Shown piece by piece: positions 62,245 to 64,000 of a DNA stretch of 64,000 nucleotides. The position numbers and the translations under genes were made by a program. Below the pieces are notes generated by a model. The model was given only the letters and a program-made list of their open reading frames with translations. It was not told the origin of the DNA and searched no databases. Positions within the stretch are counted from its first letter, which is position 1, and each line of letters begins with the position of its first letter. Location of the stretch: contig JBHGNT010000002.1 in the NCBI GenBank assembly GCA_043228905.1, forward strand, positions 7,688,001-7,752,000, written 5' to 3'. The DNA comes from Azolla caroliniana (Eukaryota > Plantae > Polypodiophyta).

Positions 62245-64000
62245 GATGAATGCGATGAACAAGGTGCTTTGAGACTGCATTCTGGAGATAATGATGTCGT
62301 TCCTAGATGACATTCCAATGAAAGGATGCGCGGTAGAAGAAAAAGATGAAACTATGGATGATTGGGGATGCCGAAAGTTCGTAGTTGACCATATTCATGA
62401 TTGCGAGAAAGTGCGTCGAAAGTTAGAAGATGTGCACCTAACACTTTCCGGTGAGAAATCGGCATTCGGGCAAGAAGAAATATTGGTAGTCGGACATCTA
62501 TGTGGGCCCTACGGCCGAAGACCATCACCAACAAAGATCGACGCGATTCAAGCTATGAAAGAAGTATGCGAGTCACAATCCGAAGTTCGAAGGTTTCTTG
62601 GAGCATGTGCATTCTACCACATATGGATTCCGCACTATGCGCATATAGCGGACCCACTCTATCACTTGTTGCGGAAGGGTAAGAAGTTTGAATGGAAACC
62701 GGAGCATACCAAAGCCGTGAAGAAGCTCAAGAAATCACTACAGAGCGCAAAAGCACTAAAGAAGCTGAACTATGACTGACCGATCATAGTAACGGTTGCC
62801 ACAAGTCCAACCGGAATCGGATGGGTCATCAATCAAGCCGATCCGGAAGGTTCGCGATATCCAGTCCGATTCGAAGCAAAGGTTCTCAACGAAAGGCAAT
62901 GTGGATATGCACAAGTTAAAAGAGAATTATGGGGAGTCGTGTCGGCAATCAAATCGGATCGAGATTATTTGATCGGAGCCGAAGCAGTGATCGAAACGAA
63001 TTGTCTTCTGATACTCGGGATGATGCGGTGTTGCACGATATTGGATGTGGCTATGCTAAGATGGATTGCATATGTTAAGTCGCTTAATCCGGAGGTACGA
63101 CACATCTCCGGAAAAGACAACGCGGTAGCGGATATGTTATCAAGGGCGCGGTTCGGAGATAACATAACCGAATCTGATAATGAAGAAGTTTCTGAAGACT
63201 ACTTTGCTTCGGAGCACATATGCCGGGTGAATGTAATCCGAGAATTCCGGGAAGAAGAATACGAGGGAGAAAGCTTGCTGATCGGGAAAGTGCTCCAAGA
63301 AATCGAGGAATCATCAGACAATAAAGAGAAGAGAGCCGAGATCCGAAGTAAGAAGTGGCAAGTCTGAAAGTTCTTCTTGAAAAATGGATTACTATGGAGG
63401 GAGCCGAAAAGACCGGATGGCATACCACTTCGAGTAGTCAGGACGAAAGAGCAACGAAACTGGATAATGTCCAAATTTCACGAATCCGATTGGGCTGGAC
63501 ATCGAGGAACATGGGCAACTTTTGTGAAAATCAAACAAAAATATTGGTGGAAGAATATGTACAAAGATATAGCGAAGTTCACGGAAAGTTGCGAGAAGTG
63601 TCAAATTTACTCCGGAATTCGACACTGAGATGAGTTACATCCAACATTCTCACCAACAATCAACTTCAAATGGATGGTCGATATTGTAGCCATTCCAAGC
63701 GGGATCGGACAAAAGAAGTACTTGGTGTTAGCTCGGGAAGATCTCACAAACCAAGTAGAAGATCGGGCGCTACGGAGGAAAACGTGTTCTACGGTATGCC
63801 AATTCCTTTTGGAAGAAGTGTTTTGCAGGTACGGGTGCGTAGGACAAGTGATTGTGGATCGGGGAGAACTCGACTCTGATAAAGCTAAGGAATTCTTCAC
63901 TAAACATGGAGTTGGGTTAACACTGACAACAACATACAATCCGGAAGCCAACGGCAAGGACATAGTCCGATTGTCAAAGCACTTGCGAAGGCATGCGATG
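62245..64000 (+). pseudogene. pol: Element F pol, 3' part (RT-RH-IN)
   Basis: FLDD, FLGAC, ADMLSR, GHRGTWAT..CEKC, VDRGE, YNPEANG; several stops. Confidence 0.9.

Larger units (their letters stand above)
49358..64000 (+). mobile_element. Element F: tRNA-Trp-primed Ty3/gypsy related to D, interrupted by the TIR element, running off the right edge
   Basis: 5' LTR 49358-50042 (tgtcgt...acgaca); PBS tggtgaactcgacgtgaa 50047-50064; gag, PR and RT homologous to D. Confidence 0.88.

Overview
Eukaryotic, AT-rich, gene-poor heterochromatin made almost entirely of nested transposons. The lineage mix (self-priming Tf1/Tcn1-like chromovirus, tRNA-Trp-primed non-chromovirus Ty3/gypsy, plant mitochondrial rRNA remnant) suggests a non-seed land plant such as a moss; this is inference. 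The contents are two Ty1/copia remnants, six Ty3/gypsy elements nested up to three deep, several LINE fragments, a NUMT and two related DNA transposons with Sola-like DDD transposases. The standout is a 9,025-bp TIR element (53216-62240; 36-bp TIRs, ATAT target duplication) inserted in a gypsy RT gene. It carries a transposase and, divergently, a six-exon gene of about 974 codons that I reconstructed by hand. That gene joins a ParB-like N-terminal region to a prokaryote-type beta-class N4-cytosine/N6-adenine DNA methyltransferase (DIPY ... NPxxKP ... DLFSGTGTT). Its first intron holds six 25-bp palindromes at 51-bp spacing. This copy has nonsense lesions in both genes. All calls come from reading the sequence and ORF track; no database searches were run.
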